Positions 1 through 9,791 of a DNA stretch of 34,427 bases are shown here, one piece after another. Source of the DNA: an uncultured Bacilli bacterium (GTDB lineage Bacteria > Bacillota_I > Bacilli_A > RF39 > UBA660); NCBI GenBank assembly GCA_944372025.1, contig CALVYE010000003.1, forward strand, positions 1-34,427. The letters run 5' to 3'. The notes beneath the pieces are model-generated. The model had not been told where the DNA came from, ran no database searches, and saw only the letters and a program-made list of their open reading frames with translations. Every line of letters starts with the position of its first letter. The first letter of the stretch is position 1. The position numbers were made by a program, and so were the translations under genes.

Positions 1-676
1 ACATTCCTCCACCAATTAAAATATAATCTGCTATTTCTGTTAAATTTTCTATAACTTTTATTTTATCAGATACTTTTGCACCACCAAGAATTACAACAAA
101 AGGTCTTTTAGGTTTTGTTATAGCTGGTTCTAGAATGGATAACTCTTTTTCGATTAAGAATCCTACCCCACTATCAATATTAGAAGCTATTCCAACATTT
201 GATGCATGTTCTCTATGGGCAGTACCAAAAGCATCATTTATAAAAATATCTCCCAAGCTTGCCCAATATTTTCCAAGTTCAACATCATTGGTGCTTTCTT
301 TTTTACCATCAATATCTTCAAAACGAGTATTTTCCATCAAAATTACATCGCCATTTTTCATATCAGATATTGCATGTTCTAATTTTTCTCCACGTGTTTC
401 ATTAATAAAAACAACTTTTTTGTTTAATAACTTTTCTAATCTATTAGCAACAGGTTTTAAACTTTTTGTTTTTTTATCCTCTTCAGTTTTAACTTTACCT
501 AAATGTGACATAAGAATCACTTTAGCACCATGGTTTATAGCATATTCAATTGTCGGTATACTTTGAATAATTCTATTATCATCTGTGATTTTTCCATCTT
601 TCATAGGTACATTAAAATCGCATCTTATTATTATTTTCTTATCTTTTAAATCAAAGTCTTTAATACTCTTTTTCAT
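1..676 (-). CDS. pgk: Phosphoglycerate kinase (5' part; runs off the window start)
   Basis: Not in the ORF track. Manual minus-strand translation from ATG at 676 (RBS GGAGG) gives [36 protein letters not shown]...LMSHLGK...ENTRF...[13 protein letters not shown]...[10 protein letters not shown], the PGK signature motifs. Follows gap. Confidence 0.97.
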   Translation of the reverse strand, partial: MKKSIKDFDLKDKKIIIRCDFNVPMKDGKITDDNRIIQSIPTIEYAINHGAKVILMSHLGKVKTEEDKKTKSLKPVANRLEKLLNKKVVFINETRGEKLEHAISDMKNGDVILMENTRFEDIDGKKESTNDVELGKYWASLGDIFINDAFGTAHREHASNVGIASNIDSGVGFLIEKELSILEPAITKPKRPFVVILGGAKVSDKIKVIENLTEIADYILIGGGM

Positions 677-709
677 ACTAAGTATCCTCCAGTCACTTTC
701 ACTATATAA

Positions 710-718
710 AGTATACCA
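710..718 (-). promoter_or_regulatory. Extended -10 sigA-type promoter (TG-G-TATACT) for pgk
   Basis: Minus strand reads TGGTATACT about 35 nt upstream of the pgk ATG and downstream of the gap terminator; the -35 element is weak. Confidence 0.5.
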
Positions 719-759
719 TACTTTATTGATTAAGAAAATAACAATTTTGTCATATAAAT

Positions 760-794
760 AAAACTGTTGACAGATGTTTTCTATCAACAGTTTT
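760..794 (-). terminator. Intrinsic terminator after gap
   Basis: Inverted repeat AAAACTGTTGATAGA...TCTGTCAACAGTTTT (one G-U pair) followed by a T-rich tail. Confidence 0.8.
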
Positions 795-825
795 TGGATA
801 ATTTAAATATAAATATTTCCAAATA

Positions 826-1833
826 TTATATACTCATCCAATATTTAGCAGTTCTTACCATTTGATATGAATAACTCATTTCATTATCATACCAAGCAAT
901 TACTTTTACCATTTGTTTACCATCAACTTCGATTATTTGGGTACTTAATCCATCGATTAAGGAACCATATGAAGATCCGATTATATCAGAAGAAACTATA
1001 GGATCTTCTGTATATCCAAGAGTTTCATTAGTATTTTGTTTAAACATTTGATTAAGTTCTTCAACACTAACATTTTTATCTAATTCTAAACTTAAATCAA
1101 TTACTGATCCTGTTGAAACAGGTACACGTAATGCTATTCCATCTAATTTTCCAACTAAACTTGGTATAACTGCACCAATTGCACTAGCTGCACCAGTAGA
1201 AGTTGGCACAATATTTTCAGCAGCAGCTCTTCCACGACGAGATTTTATACCTTTTTTATGTGGTACATCTAAGGTTGCTTGATCGTTAGTATATGCATGT
1301 ACAGTAGTCATAAAACCACGATTAATTGTGTAATTATCTTCTAATAATTTTACTACAGGAGCAAGACAATTTGTCGTACAACTAGCAGCCGAAATAATTT
1401 GTTCTCTACCATCTAATATATCATGATTAACATTATAAACAACTGTTTTTAAATCTCCCTTAGCAGGAGCAGAAATTATTACTTTTGAAGCACCAGCATC
1501 AATATGAGCATGCGCCTTATCGTAACTTGTAAAATGTCCTGTACATTCAAAGACTATGTCGATACCTAATTCTTTCCAAGGTAAATTACTTGGATCCTTT
1601 TCAGCATAAATTCTAATATCATTATTACCTACAACAATTGAATTACTTGTATAACTTATTTCATCTTTTCTATAACCTCTGTGTGAAGTATCATACTTCA
1701 ACAAGTATGATAATGATTCAGGATCACTTAAATCATTAATTGCAACTATATCAAAATTTGGATCTTCTTCCATAATTCTAAATACTAATCTACCAATTCT
1801 TCCAAAACCATTTATCGCAACTTTTATTGCCAT
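826..1833 (-). CDS. gap: Type I glyceraldehyde-3-phosphate dehydrogenase
   Basis: INGFGRIGR, ASCTTNCLAP, WYDNE motifs. Start moved to MAIKV (1833), which follows RBS GAAAGGA. Confidence 0.98.
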   Translation of the reverse strand: MAIKVAINGFGRIGRLVFRIMEEDPNFDIVAINDLSDPESLSYLLKYDTSHRGYRKDEISYTSNSIVVGNNDIRIYAEKDPSNLPWKELGIDIVFECTGHFTSYDKAHAHIDAGASKVIISAPAKGDLKTVVYNVNHDILDGREQIISAASCTTNCLAPVVKLLEDNYTINRGFMTTVHAYTNDQATLDVPHKKGIKSRRGRAAAENIVPTSTGAASAIGAVIPSLVGKLDGIALRVPVSTGSVIDLSLELDKNVSVEELNQMFKQNTNETLGYTEDPIVSSDIIGSSYGSLIDGLSTQIIEVDGKQMVKVIAWYDNEMSYSYQMVRTAKYWMSI

Positions 1834-1868
1834 CTTATCATATCCTTTCATATTCATTTTAACAAAAA

Positions 1869-3533
1869 TTATTCATAAAAACAACTCTTGCCTATAAATT
1901 CTCTCAAGATAGAATCAGATGGTATTCCATCTGTAGGTATAGGGAAAAACATTCTTAAAAATCTTATTAATCTTTTTGCATCTTCATAATATGGAGAATT
2001 AATATCTATTCCAAAAAGTAATGGTTCAACATAAACTTTTAAAACACCAATTTCATAAATAAGTGCGGTGTTAAATACATAGTCTGCCTCATCTTGATAT
2101 GGAAAAACATATATTTCTTCGCCAGCTCTTACTTTTTCCCACATTTTAAGAGTAGCCTCAACATTGTGCCCGCGAGTTCTATTATCTCTTATAATTCTTC
2201 TTAGAAGTCTTACATCACTTGTAGAAATATGATTATAACTATCAATACTAAGTGGGGTAAAAGGCCCAATATATATTTTAACTTTTCTATCTCTTGGAAT
2301 TTCACTTGTTAATTTTTCATTAAGTGTATGTAGTCCTTCAATGACAAGAATATCGTTTTCTTTTAATCTCAAAAATCTATTATTATATTCTTTCTCACCT
2401 TTTACAAAATTAAAAGTTGGTAAGGACACTTGTTCTCCTTTTATTAATTGCTTTAATTGTTGATTAAATAATGAAATATCTATGGTGTCGATACTTTCGT
2501 AATCTGGGTCTCCATTTTTATCTTTTGGTGTGTCTTGTCTATCAACAAAATAATCATCCGTTGATAAAACGTGAGGATTAAGTCCTGTTGCTCTCAAATA
2601 CATACAAAATTTATGTGCGGTAGTTGTTTTTCCTGAAGAAGAAGGACCGGCTATTAAAATTATCTTTATATTGTCTTTTTTAGCATAAATATTATCTACA
2701 ATACGTAATAAATCTTTATTTTGAATAAGTTCATTCATTCGTATAAAATCATTTATTTTTCCATTAGAAACAATGTCATTTAATTCACCAACATTATTTA
2801 CTTTCATAATGTCTATCCATTTTCCATATTCATCAAAGACATCTATTATTTTTTCATGATGTTGATACTCTGGAATTGAACCATCACCTCTTAAAACTGG
2901 AAAACGAAGTACAATTACATTATTATCTAACATAGTTAGTGCAAATTTATTAAGAACACCTGTGGATAAAGGTAAATGACCATAAAAATATGCATAATAA
3001 CTTTTACATTTGTTTATTGTCACTAAATCGCCTGTAACTGTTTTTAAATTCAAAATTTTTTCATATTGTCCCGTTTTTTTATAAAAATTAATTACATCGC
3101 TTTTAGTAACACTTATAGTTTCTATTTGTAAATCTAGATTTACAAGTTCTTTGAATTTATCATATATTTGTTTAAAAATTGTATCATCTATTTTTTTTGG
3201 AGAAATTATTCTACAATATATTCCTCTATCAATTGAATGTTCAAAAGAAATATCGGATTTCATACCTAGAACTTCTTTAATAGTAATTAAAAATATAAAT
3301 TTGAGACCATTAACGTACATCTTATTTCCATCACGATGCATATAGTCTATAAATTCAATACTGCAACTTTTAGTCACTTTTTTATCTAAAGTCATCAATT
3401 GATTATTTACTTTAAAAGCTATTATATCTCTTTCATAGTTTTCCTTAAAATATTTGCTAAGCTCTAAACCAGTTATTCCTTTAGGAAATTGTTTGACTAT
3501 ACCATCTATGGTAATATTAATGTTACTATTCAT
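1869..3533 (-). CDS. Uridine/nucleoside kinase with N-terminal TGS/ThrRS-like domains
   Basis: TGS-like N-terminus (ITIDGIVKQFPKGITGLEL...AFKVNNQLMTL), P-loop AGPSSSGKTT, DDYF, IEGLH and RRIIRD motifs of the PRK/UK family. Confidence 0.85.
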   Translation of the reverse strand: MNSNINITIDGIVKQFPKGITGLELSKYFKENYERDIIAFKVNNQLMTLDKKVTKSCSIEFIDYMHRDGNKMYVNGLKFIFLITIKEVLGMKSDISFEHSIDRGIYCRIISPKKIDDTIFKQIYDKFKELVNLDLQIETISVTKSDVINFYKKTGQYEKILNLKTVTGDLVTINKCKSYYAYFYGHLPLSTGVLNKFALTMLDNNVIVLRFPVLRGDGSIPEYQHHEKIIDVFDEYGKWIDIMKVNNVGELNDIVSNGKINDFIRMNELIQNKDLLRIVDNIYAKKDNIKIILIAGPSSSGKTTTAHKFCMYLRATGLNPHVLSTDDYFVDRQDTPKDKNGDPDYESIDTIDISLFNQQLKQLIKGEQVSLPTFNFVKGEKEYNNRFLRLKENDILVIEGLHTLNEKLTSEIPRDRKVKIYIGPFTPLSIDSYNHISTSDVRLLRRIIRDNRTRGHNVEATLKMWEKVRAGEEIYVFPYQDEADYVFNTALIYEIGVLKVYVEPLLFGIDINSPYYEDAKRLIRFLRMFFPIPTDGIPSDSILREFIGKSCFYE

Positions 3534-3561
3534 AATATCCCTCTATTCTTTTATATATTAT

Positions 3562-3590
3562 ATTTTATCAGATTATTAGAATTTTGTCAT
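3562..3590 (-). promoter_or_regulatory. sigA-type promoter for the uridine kinase/gap unit
   Basis: ATGACA-N17-TAAAAT with an extended TG. Confidence 0.55.
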
Positions 3591-3648
3591 ATAATTTGTT
3601 GCATAAATTATCTATTTAAAACTAAATATATTAGTAGGTGATGAAAAT

Positions 3649-4227
3649 ATGAATTTAGTTCCTACAGTTATTGAAAAAAGTAATTATGGAGAAAGAGCAT
3701 ATGACATTTATTCTAGATTATTAAAAGATAGAATAATAATTTTAAGTGGTGAAATTGATGATAATTTAGCAAATAGTATAATTGCTCAAATTCTTTATTT
3801 AGACTCTATAAATCATAATGATATTAATATGTATATAAATTCTCCAGGCGGTTCTATAACAAGTGGTATGGCGATATATGATACAATGAATTTTGTTAAA
3901 AGCAAAGTCTCTACAACATGTATAGGCATGGCTGCATCAATGGGTGCATTTTTATTGTCTTGTGGAGAAAAAGGCATGAGATATATTTTGCCAAATGCAG
4001 AAGTTATGATACATCAGCCTTTAGGTGGTGCGAAAGGGCAGGCAACTGAAATAAAAATAGCTGCTGAACGAATTTTAAAAATGCGAGATAAATTAAATAA
4101 AATTTTATCTGAAAATACAGGACAAAATATTGAAAAAATAGCAAACGATACCGAAAGAGATAACTTTATGGATGCAGAGGAAGCATTAAAGTATGGTTTA
4201 GTTGATAAAATTCTAAATAAAAACTAA
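3649..4227 (+). CDS. clpP: ATP-dependent Clp protease proteolytic subunit
   Basis: [28 protein letters not shown] (catalytic Ser), MIHQP (His), DTERD; RBS AGGTGA. Confidence 0.98.
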   Translation: MNLVPTVIEKSNYGERAYDIYSRLLKDRIIILSGEIDDNLANSIIAQILYLDSINHNDINMYINSPGGSITSGMAIYDTMNFVKSKVSTTCIGMAASMGAFLLSCGEKGMRYILPNAEVMIHQPLGGAKGQATEIKIAAERILKMRDKLNKILSENTGQNIEKIANDTERDNFMDAEEALKYGLVDKILNKN

Positions 4228-4250
4228 TTGAATTTCTTCAATTAGTTTTT
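4219..4250. terminator. Bidirectional terminator between the convergent clpP and rpsR
   Basis: Perfect 14-bp inverted repeat AAAAACTAATTGAA-TTTC-TTCAATTAGTTTTT containing both stop codons. Confidence 0.75.
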
Positions 4251-4457
4251 AAATGGTATTAAAGCCATGAATCTAGCTCTTTTAACTTGGTTAGCAATAT
4301 ATCTTTGATGTCTTGCACATGCACCAGTGATTCTTCTAGGTAAAATTTTACCATTGTCACTTATATATTTTTTAACTATTTCAACATCTTTATAGTTAAC
4401 ATCTTTTCCAGCACACATTTGACATATTTTTTTTCTTCTTCTATGAAATTCTGCCAA
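4242..4457 (-). CDS. rpsR: 30S ribosomal protein S18 (Zn-binding C+ type)
   Basis: [10 protein letters not shown]...[17 protein letters not shown]; TTG start after AGGAGG; rpsF-ssb-rpsR order. Confidence 0.97.
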   Translation of the reverse strand: MAEFHRRRKKICQMCAGKDVNYKDVEIVKKYISDNGKILPRRITGACARHQRYIANQVKRARFMALIPFKN

Positions 4458-4479
4458 GGTAATCCCTCCTTTTTATTTA

Positions 4480-4941
4480 TTAAAATGGTAAGTCATCATC
4501 ACTAATTTCAATTTCTGAGCCAAAATTAGCAAATGGATCTTCTTCTACATTAGTAGTAGTAACAGGTGGTACACTTTGTTCTTCAAATTCATTAGACGTA
4601 GATGATACTCTATTTTGAGATTGACTCTTAGATTCTAAAAATTGAACACTATCAGCTACAACTTCTGTAACATACACTCTTTTTCCGTCGTTACCTTCAT
4701 AATTACGAGTTTGAATTCTACCTTCAACTGCAACTAAGCTACCTTTTCCTATATATTTTTTTACGTTTTCTGCTTGTTTTCTCCATACAATAACGTTAAT
4801 AAAATCTGCTACTCTTTCACCATTTTGATTTTCAAATGGTCTATTCACTGCTACAGTAAAATTTGCAACAGGTACGTTACTAGATGGATATCTTAAATCT
4901 GGATCTCTCGTTAATCTTCCTATTAAAACAACTTTATTCAT
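4480..4941 (-). CDS. ssb: Single-stranded DNA-binding protein
   Basis: [24 protein letters not shown], acidic tail DDDLPF. Confidence 0.98.
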   Translation of the reverse strand: MNKVVLIGRLTRDPDLRYPSSNVPVANFTVAVNRPFENQNGERVADFINVIVWRKQAENVKKYIGKGSLVAVEGRIQTRNYEGNDGKRVYVTEVVADSVQFLESKSQSQNRVSSTSNEFEEQSVPPVTTTNVEEDPFANFGSEIEISDDDLPF

Positions 4942-4957
4942 GACTAAGGCCTCATTC

Positions 4958-5248
4958 CTACTTTTCTAAATTGATAATTAAATGACGAATAATATCTTCA
5001 TTGATTAAAGCTAAACGATCAAATTCTTTAATTGCTTTATCGTTTTCTGCTTCTAAATTAATTAAAAAATAGTATCCTGTATTATATTTTTTAATTTCAT
5101 AAGCTAATTGTTTTTGACCTAATTCTTTAGATTCAGTAACATTCGCACCATTATTTTTTAAAATTTGTACAAAATCTTCGTTTACTTTTTTAATTGCGCT
5201 CTCTTCTAAATCAGGTCTAACAATATACATGATTTCGTATTTTGTCAT
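4958..5248 (-). CDS. rpsF: 30S ribosomal protein S6
   Basis: [37 protein letters not shown]. Confidence 0.98.
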   Translation of the reverse strand: MTKYEIMYIVRPDLEESAIKKVNEDFVQILKNNGANVTESKELGQKQLAYEIKKYNTGYYFLINLEAENDKAIKEFDRLALINEDIIRHLIINLEK

Positions 5249-5254
5249 TTATGA

Positions 5255-5310
5255 CACCTCCTTTTGGTCTACTGGCAATTACTTGCAAGGAGTAAATTAA
5301 TACTCGCTTA
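5255..5310 (-). promoter_or_regulatory. S6:S18 autoregulatory ribosomal-protein leader
   Basis: Leader ACUCCUUGCAAGUAAUUGCCAGUAGACCAAAAGGAGG: the anti-SD CUCCUU pairs with AAGGAG, with an inner hairpin and a CC-purine bulge, as in the known S6:S18 RNA motif. Confidence 0.8.
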
Positions 5311-5313
5311 AAT

Positions 5314-5342
5314 ATTATAACAAAGTAAAAAAAATATGTAAA
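5314..5342 (-). promoter_or_regulatory. sigA promoter of rpsF-ssb-rpsR
   Basis: TTTACA-N17-TATAAT with an extended TG. Confidence 0.75.
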
Positions 5343-5375
5343 TATCTTTTTACATATTAATTTTATTCTTTTTTT

Positions 5376-6095
5376 CTATTTTTTTTCTTTCAAAAGTAGT
5401 GTTGGCAAGTAGGCAATTAATACTGACAAAAATCCAGCCATTTCTAGCCAAAATATTGGATAATTAAAATCTTTTATAAATGGAAACATCTCAATTATAA
5501 AATCGGGTAATTTATCTGTCATAATATAATTTGTCTTAAAAAATATATTAAAAATAAAAACAATTATAAAAACAATATTTGCATAAATCATAGAAAGGAA
5601 CATATCTTTTTTATTTACTTTCCAATCTAAAACAAAGAGACAATACATACTACAAATTATAAAAAATAAATGACTGATATACCATTGCCAAAACATAAAT
5701 CTATCAGGACCTACAATTAAATCAGGAAAAACAATTGCTGGTAATGGACCAGCAAAACTGAAAAAATAAATGATTTTAAACCATTTTTTCTTATTAGTAT
5801 ATAATATGTACATAAACAAAAAACCACTAATAAAACAAAAATGTAAAGGCAAATGATATTTATAGCTATAAGTTCCCATTATTATTTCTGATATATAATA
5901 TATAAGCATATTTAAAAGCATTATACTCGCCATTAAATATCTCATAAATTTATCATGATATTTCAATTTTTTAATTTTATTACGAGCGATGTATATTAAG
6001 ATAATAATAATTAAAGATAAAATAATGCTTAATAAATGAATTAGTCCATAATTTTCAAAAACAAAAATACCAGGTAGCTTAGAAAAAAATTTCAT
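5376..6095 (-). CDS. YwaF/TMEM164-like integral membrane protein (putative acyltransferase fold)
   Basis: About 7 hydrophobic segments; YGLIH, LPLHFC, YISH and NY motifs typical of YwaF/TIGR02206 proteins. Confidence 0.75.
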   Translation of the reverse strand: MKFFSKLPGIFVFENYGLIHLLSIILSLIIIILIYIARNKIKKLKYHDKFMRYLMASIMLLNMLIYYISEIIMGTYSYKYHLPLHFCFISGFLFMYILYTNKKKWFKIIYFFSFAGPLPAIVFPDLIVGPDRFMFWQWYISHLFFIICSMYCLFVLDWKVNKKDMFLSMIYANIVFIIVFIFNIFFKTNYIMTDKLPDFIIEMFPFIKDFNYPIFWLEMAGFLSVLIAYLPTLLLKEKK

Positions 6096-6103
6096 ATTAT
6101 ACT

Positions 6104-7204
6104 TTAAACATTAAATCTAAAATAGCAAATATCCCCATCTTGCATTACATATTCTTTTCCTTCAAGTCGCATTTTTCCTTTTTCTTTAACTATTTTTTCG
6201 CTTCCACATTCGATTAAATCATCATAGCTCATTACTTCAGCCTTTATAAAACCTCTTTGAAAATCAGAATGTATTATTCCTGCACACTCTGGAGCTTTCA
6301 TTCCACGTTTAAATGTCCATGCTCTCACTTCTTTTTCGCCAGCTGTAAAGAAAGTTGCTAAACCTAGTAAATGATAAGTTGCATTTATTAGTTTGTCTAA
6401 ACCACTTTGATTAATTCCAAGTTCTTCTAGAAATAATGCTTTTTCATCATCAGGTAATTCGCTTAATTCAGACTCAACTTTCGCACATAAAATGACAACT
6501 TCTGCATTTTCTTTTTTAGCATATTCTTTTACTATTTCAACATATTTATTTTCCCTAAAACTAATTTCTGATTCTTTTATGTTTGCTACATATATGAAAG
6601 GTTTTAAAGTTATTAAATTGAAAGCTTTAATCATTGCAAGTTCATCAGATGTATACTCTAAAAATCTAGCAGGAATATTTTTATTTAGAGCTTCTTTTAT
6701 TCTTACTAATAAATTATATTCAGCTACTACATCTTTTTCTTTTGTAGTCTTAGCTTTCTTTTCAATACGTAATATTCTATTTTCAATGATATCTAAATCT
6801 GAAATAATAAGTTCTGTATTTATTATTTCAATATCTCTTATAGGATCAATTCCACCCTCCACATGAGTAATATTTTCATCTTCAAAACAACGTACCACTT
6901 CACAAATTGCATCTACTTCACGTATATGTGATAAAAATTTGTTACCTAAACCTTCTCCTGTTGATGCACCTTTTACAAGTCCAGCGATATCCGTAAATTC
7001 AAAAGTAGTAGGTACTAAACTGTCAGGTATATACATTTCATTTAATACATCTAATCGTTTATCTGGAACTGTTACAACTCCAACATTAGGATCAATAGTT
7101 GCGAAGGGATAATTTGCAGCTAAAATATTTTTTTTAGTTATTGCATTAAATAAAGTTGATTTACCAACATTAGGTAAACCAACTATTCCAGCAGTTAAAC
7201 TCAT
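6104..7204 (-). CDS. ychF: Redox-regulated ATPase YchF (Obg family)
   Basis: [29 protein letters not shown]-terminal TGS ending FRFNV. Start moved to MSLTAG (7204), after AAGGAGG. Confidence 0.98.
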   Translation of the reverse strand: MSLTAGIVGLPNVGKSTLFNAITKKNILAANYPFATIDPNVGVVTVPDKRLDVLNEMYIPDSLVPTTFEFTDIAGLVKGASTGEGLGNKFLSHIREVDAICEVVRCFEDENITHVEGGIDPIRDIEIINTELIISDLDIIENRILRIEKKAKTTKEKDVVAEYNLLVRIKEALNKNIPARFLEYTSDELAMIKAFNLITLKPFIYVANIKESEISFRENKYVEIVKEYAKKENAEVVILCAKVESELSELPDDEKALFLEELGINQSGLDKLINATYHLLGLATFFTAGEKEVRAWTFKRGMKAPECAGIIHSDFQRGFIKAEVMSYDDLIECGSEKIVKEKGKMRLEGKEYVMQDGDICYFRFNV

Positions 7205-7217
7205 AATTCTTACCTCC

Positions 7218-8795
7218 TTATAGTGTAGGATAAACACCTGGTCCAATTGGTAAGCCTATTATATACCAAATAACAATAAGTATCAAGAAAGTTAAAGCAA
7301 ATATTAATGCATAGGGCATCATATAACTAAATGATTTTTTCATAGTGACTACTTCATCATTAGTATTATAAATTTGAAGAAATGCTAAATAAATAACATA
7401 GTATGCTAATAAAGGAGTTAATATATTTATTGGTGAAGCAGCACTTCTATATATAACTTGAACAAATTCAGGTGATATATTTGATTGCATAAATATTGGT
7501 ACAATAGTAGGTGCGATAATCGACCATTTTAAAGTAGGAGAAGTTAATAAGAAACTTCCTAACATTATAATTATAAAGAATAAAATAACTAAAGGTAGTC
7601 CCGTAATATTTAAATCTCTAATCATTTCTATTAAGGAAATATTGATAATTGTACCTATATTTGTCTTTTTAAATATAGCGATAAATTGAGAAGCAAAGAA
7701 AAGTAAGATTATTAAGTATCCAATATTATTTTTAGAAGCTGTTATAAAATCAATTATATCATTATCATTTTTAATAGTTTTAGAACCTAACCCATATGCT
7801 ATTCCTGATATGAATAATATTGCAGAAACAATAACTACTAGTCCTTGTTGAAAATATGAATTAGCTCCTAATAATTGATTTATATAACCTTCACTTGCAG
7901 TATCTAATAGTAATCCTGCACCAGGCAAAGGACAATTTGGAATTATCATATAAATAAATGCTATTAGTAGTACTATGTCAGCAAGTGCAGTAAATAATAA
8001 TCCTCTTTTTTGTCTTCTATCTAAGATTTGAATTTCATCTATGTCATCTTTTTTATTAGGTAATTTAGGTAAAATAATTTTTTCAGTTATTATAGTGCCT
8101 ATTATTGAGATAATTATAGTAGCAATTAAGATGTAAAAAATATTTCCAAAAAGAGGTACGTTGTACTTAGAGTCAAGAATTTGAGCTCCTGCATTTGTAT
8201 ATAAAGCCAATGAAGTATCAAATGAACTAACAAATGCACTTACTCCATATCCGCCAGCTACACCAGCAAAGGCTGCAACAATTCCTGCAATAGGATTTCG
8301 TTTTTGCAACGAAAAAATAATCGCACCTAAAGGAATTAAGAAAACATATCCTAAATCGGTAAATAAAGATGATATAACGCCCAATAAAACAAGTATGAAT
8401 GTAAATACCCATTTTGGAGATGTTTCTTTTCTAATTAGTGATAGAGCTTTAAAAAGTCCTGATTTTTCTGCTACTGTTACACCAATAAAAGCAATTAGTA
8501 TCATACCAAGAGGCGCAAATGAAACAAAGTTAGAAACAAAATTACTTATTATATATTGTAACCCTTTAGTATTTAATAAAGATTCAACCTCTATTACTTG
8601 TGTTTCCAATTTTCCTGTTACCGAATTAAGTGAACTATAACTTCCTTGTGATAACCAAGAAAAAGGATATTTATTGTTAATTTCTATTTTTCCTAAAAAG
8701 CTTAAAACCGCACTTAAAATAATTGTACCGACTATTAAAATAATAAAGACAGTTATAGGACTAAGTGTTTTTTTCTTTTTGTTTTTTCTTGCCAT
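7218..8795 (-). CDS. AbgT-family (YdaH/MtrF-like) transporter, divergent
   Basis: Many TM helices; NFVSFAPLG, GVTVAEKSGL, RNPIAGIVAAFAGVAGGY, FFASQF, KW..AP..VP, W..GLPIGPG. Confidence 0.85.
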   Translation of the reverse strand: MARKNKKKKTLSPITVFIILIVGTIILSAVLSFLGKIEINNKYPFSWLSQGSYSSLNSVTGKLETQVIEVESLLNTKGLQYIISNFVSNFVSFAPLGMILIAFIGVTVAEKSGLFKALSLIRKETSPKWVFTFILVLLGVISSLFTDLGYVFLIPLGAIIFSLQKRNPIAGIVAAFAGVAGGYGVSAFVSSFDTSLALYTNAGAQILDSKYNVPLFGNIFYILIATIIISIIGTIITEKIILPKLPNKKDDIDEIQILDRRQKRGLLFTALADIVLLIAFIYMIIPNCPLPGAGLLLDTASEGYINQLLGANSYFQQGLVVIVSAILFISGIAYGLGSKTIKNDNDIIDFITASKNNIGYLIILLFFASQFIAIFKKTNIGTIINISLIEMIRDLNITGLPLVILFFIIIMLGSFLLTSPTLKWSIIAPTIVPIFMQSNISPEFVQVIYRSAASPINILTPLLAYYVIYLAFLQIYNTNDEVVTMKKSFSYMMPYALIFALTFLILIVIWYIIGLPIGPGVYPTL

Positions 8796-8797
8796 TA

Positions 8798-8983
8798 TTA
8801 AAATTCCTCCACTTTCTTTAGTTTTTTATTAAATTCTATCCTTGTTAACATAACACTTCTACCACAATTTATACATTTTATTTTTATGTCCGAACCAATA
8901 CGAGTAATTTGCCATTTATTAGTTCCACAAGGATGTTGTTTTTTCATAATAACGATTGAGTTTAATCTATAATTTTGCTCCAT
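8798..8983 (-). CDS. DUF951 (YyzM-like) small Zn-binding protein
   Basis: MKKQHPCGTNKW..R.G.DIKIKC..CGR; usual location upstream of ychF. Start MEQNY (8983) after GGAGG. Confidence 0.9.
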   Translation of the reverse strand: MEQNYRLNSIVIMKKQHPCGTNKWQITRIGSDIKIKCINCGRSVMLTRIEFNKKLKKVEEF

Positions 8984-9782
8984 TATGAACCTCCAATTGT
9001 GGGAAAGGTATTTTAATTTTATTTTTATCAAATTCGTTTTTAACAGCCTTTAAAATTTCACGTTTAACTGAAAATTGTTGCATAGGTTTAGTTATAAGAG
9101 ATAATCTAAAAACAACATATGAATCTGATAAGTTTTCTACACCTAGTACACTAAGTTCTTTTATATCTTTAAACTTGTTACTTAAATTAGTACAAAGCTC
9201 TTCTAATATTTGTTGAACTCTTTCTAAATCTTCATTATAATCAACACTTATATCTATCATTTCTAGAGTGTCTTCTTTACTATAATTTATTACATAATCT
9301 ATATTACGATTAGAAACCATCATTATTTCCCCGGTGTATTTCTTTATTCGTGTAGTTTTAAGTCCTAAATCGATAACTTCACCTTTAAAATCATTTATTT
9401 CGATAGTATCTCCCACAGAGAATTGATTTTCAATTATTATGAAAATTCCCGAAAATAAATCTTTTAAAATATCTTGAAGCGCAAGTCCTACAACAACACC
9501 AACAACTCCTAAACCAGCAAGAAGTGTAGTTGTTTTTAAGCCAAATGCATTTAATATAACAATTATGCCTATAAAAAGTAATACATATTTTAATATATTA
9601 GTAAATAGACTTTTTAAAGTATTAACTTTTCTAATATCAACATGAACTGTTTTGTGTCTTACATTTAAAACTTTATCTATAATATTTTTAAGTACGATAT
9701 ACAATATAAAAAGTAAAATTAATATTATAACAGTTCTAATTACTACTTCACTAAGGATGAATTCAAATATTTTTTCTAACAT
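8967..9782 (-). CDS. mscS: Small-conductance mechanosensitive channel (YkuT-like)
   Basis: LAGLGVVGVVVGLALQD, FSVGDTI, G.VIDLGLKTT, IPFPQ. Confidence 0.93.
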   Translation of the reverse strand: MLEKIFEFILSEVVIRTVIILILLFILYIVLKNIIDKVLNVRHKTVHVDIRKVNTLKSLFTNILKYVLLFIGIIVILNAFGLKTTTLLAGLGVVGVVVGLALQDILKDLFSGIFIIIENQFSVGDTIEINDFKGEVIDLGLKTTRIKKYTGEIMMVSNRNIDYVINYSKEDTLEMIDISVDYNEDLERVQQILEELCTNLSNKFKDIKELSVLGVENLSDSYVVFRLSLITKPMQQFSVKREILKAVKNEFDKNKIKIPFPQLEVHNGAKL

Positions 9783-9791
9783 ATATACCTC

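Noticed and set aside
135-566. 143-aa plus-strand ORF
   Set aside because: Antisense shadow of pgk, which has clear motifs on the minus strand.
2961-2969. Perfect DnaA box TGTGGATAA
   Set aside because: Single and intragenic, with no cluster or dnaA nearby; no oriC can be called in this window.
3534-3648. CtsR or sporulation-sigma control of clpP
   Set aside because: No CtsR heptad repeat. CATATAAT and GCATA elements are present, but their spacing is ambiguous and they overlap the divergent sigA promoter.
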